From assembly GCA_030141605.1 (NCBI GenBank), contig JAQGDQ010000136.1, positions 372,001 through 436,000 of the forward strand: DNA of 64,000 nt. The letters are read 5' to 3'. This DNA is from Tubiluchus corallicola. Lineage: Eukaryota; Animalia; Priapulida. Shown here piece after piece: positions 62,341-64,000 of the stretch. The position numbers were made by a program, and so were the translations under genes. Position 1 is the first letter of the stretch. Each line of letters starts with the position of its first letter. The notes beneath the pieces are model-generated. The model did not search any database. It was given only the letters and a program-made list of their open reading frames with translations, and had not been told where the DNA came from.

Positions 62341-64000
62341 CGGCAAAAAATTCTTTATTATTGATTACTATTAATTCAAAAATAATAGCTCTGTCTAATT
62401 GCTAAACAGGCCTTTATTTATTCCTTTCGGTTTCTGGGGCCCAATCATTGATGTAGATCATTCCAAAAATCAGTAAAGTAAAAGCAAATTTTAGCTTGAA
62501 ATCTTTAAAGGAAATTAAGGCCGGAAAAATAAAGAGCTATAATTATCTTCAAGATTTAACGAAATTTGCTGAGCAAGTTTATGATTGTCACCCCGGAAAT
62601 GATGATCCTATCGAACAGGTAAGCACTATGCTTTTATTTCAGGTAACATTTTTTCAGCAGAGTAATAAATGTGAACGAAACTGAGGCTATATTGTACCAA
62701 CTTGGATCAACCGGGTCAACCCCTTTGAGTGATGGGTCCAGCCTTCTATGTGGGCACTGATTTCGGGCGCAAAGAGTAAACAACAACAAAAATCGCAGAA
62801 ACAAACTAAACGGCAAAACAGGAGAGAAAACATGGATACCGCCTCTTTTTAGAATTTGAATTCACACCTCTAGTTTCCTAAACTGATGTAGCAATTTGCC
62901 ATATAAATACGACTATATAAAGAAAAATATTAAACGTAGAACAAAAATAATATAACTTTAACAGTTTAAGCTTCAAGCAATAATTATTTACAAGCGTAAG
63001 CACATATGCCATTTTACCAACCGTACAAATATGGCATTTTAAACACGTACAGCGTGAGTTTTCGAAACCAGCGGTAATGGAAACGATCCCTCTGAAGTAG
63101 TTTTCCTCCTAAAATAGCTTCGTTTGGCTGCACTAATTACTGTTCAAATAATGATAGCAATATATATGCAATTGCACAATAATCGATTAATTCTATACAT
63201 AGCTGCACGACAGTTGCATTGTGGTGGTCCCAAGAAATTAATTCCTGGGCCCAATTGAACGAATCTCCGTAATGATGATGCCACATTGTCAGAGAAAGTC
63301 CGCAACTTTGCAGGATTCAAATTTGTTTCAAGTTAAATCACCCAAATGCATTAAATACCGACATGTGTATGTTGTTATAACGGTTGCTGTATTGTATTGT
63401 ATCGTAACAAATACTTATTTGCTCACACTTGAAAACTAGTTCATTTTTGAAGCCAGAATTTTTAAACACTAGTTAGCCGACTACATGAAGCCATTACACG
63501 TATATTCATTGAGTCATTCAAACAACAGCTTGGGCTTATCGCAGAAACAGATTCAGTAGTTGTCCGAATTCGAAATTCCAGTGGTGGAATTTCTATACAG
63601 TGGAATTCTATATGAACCAAATATCTGAATGTAGAAGCTTTAAACCATCATCATTTCTTTTTTATTCAAAAACAAGAATGTCTAAATTTCGTGATTCTGG
63701 TATGTACAATACAAAAAATCCTAGTGAGATAATTAAGTCTTCTAGAACTAAAATTTTGACTGCTTTTCCAATTATTAACCAGTTAACCAGTGCAATTAGC
63801 TTTGAATTTGGTAAAACTTGATTTCAAACTAGTATAAGGTGTAATGTATATGGAATGTACATTATGTACTGTCTGAAACAATGGCAATCCTATTTGGAAG
63901 TGCCAAAGTTACTACTTGCCTAAGGCAAAATACATTAGCCTTACAACTTATTTCTAACGAATGATTTCAAGTCTACATTACAGCCAAACTGAAACCATGA

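Noticed and set aside
1-64000. Giant ankyrin exon, CRISPR arrays, operons, rRNA
   Set aside because: No long ORF or repeat-spacer array, and the DNA is eukaryotic. Known giant ankyrin exons lie 3' of UPA, i.e. beyond the left edge.

Overview
AT-rich invertebrate animal genomic DNA, not prokaryotic. One canonical ankyrin gene (Ank2/unc-44-like) on the minus strand fills the window. I resolved 23 GT-AG exons by hand: 12 encode the 24 ankyrin repeats (55005->43255), 4 encode the linker (41249->38922), and 7 encode ZU5-ZU5-UPA (4770->691). The first coding exon was not identified (probably beyond the right edge) and the rest of UPA, the death domain and the tail lie beyond the left edge. The main signal is a ~34.2-kb phase-2 intron (4771-38921) between the linker and ZU5, versus under 2 kb for the other introns (one ~2.0 kb). 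It holds a series of short ATG-initiated ORFs ending at phase-2 splice donors in frame with the ZU5 exon. These are candidate alternative first exons for ankyrin-repeat-less isoforms with different N-termini. Frame-preserving microexon candidates (15, 24, 24, 51 and 12 nt) also occur. Introns carry MITEs, decayed LINE RT fragments, a tRNA-derived SINE and microsatellites. All alternative-exon calls are sequence-based predictions without transcript evidence.
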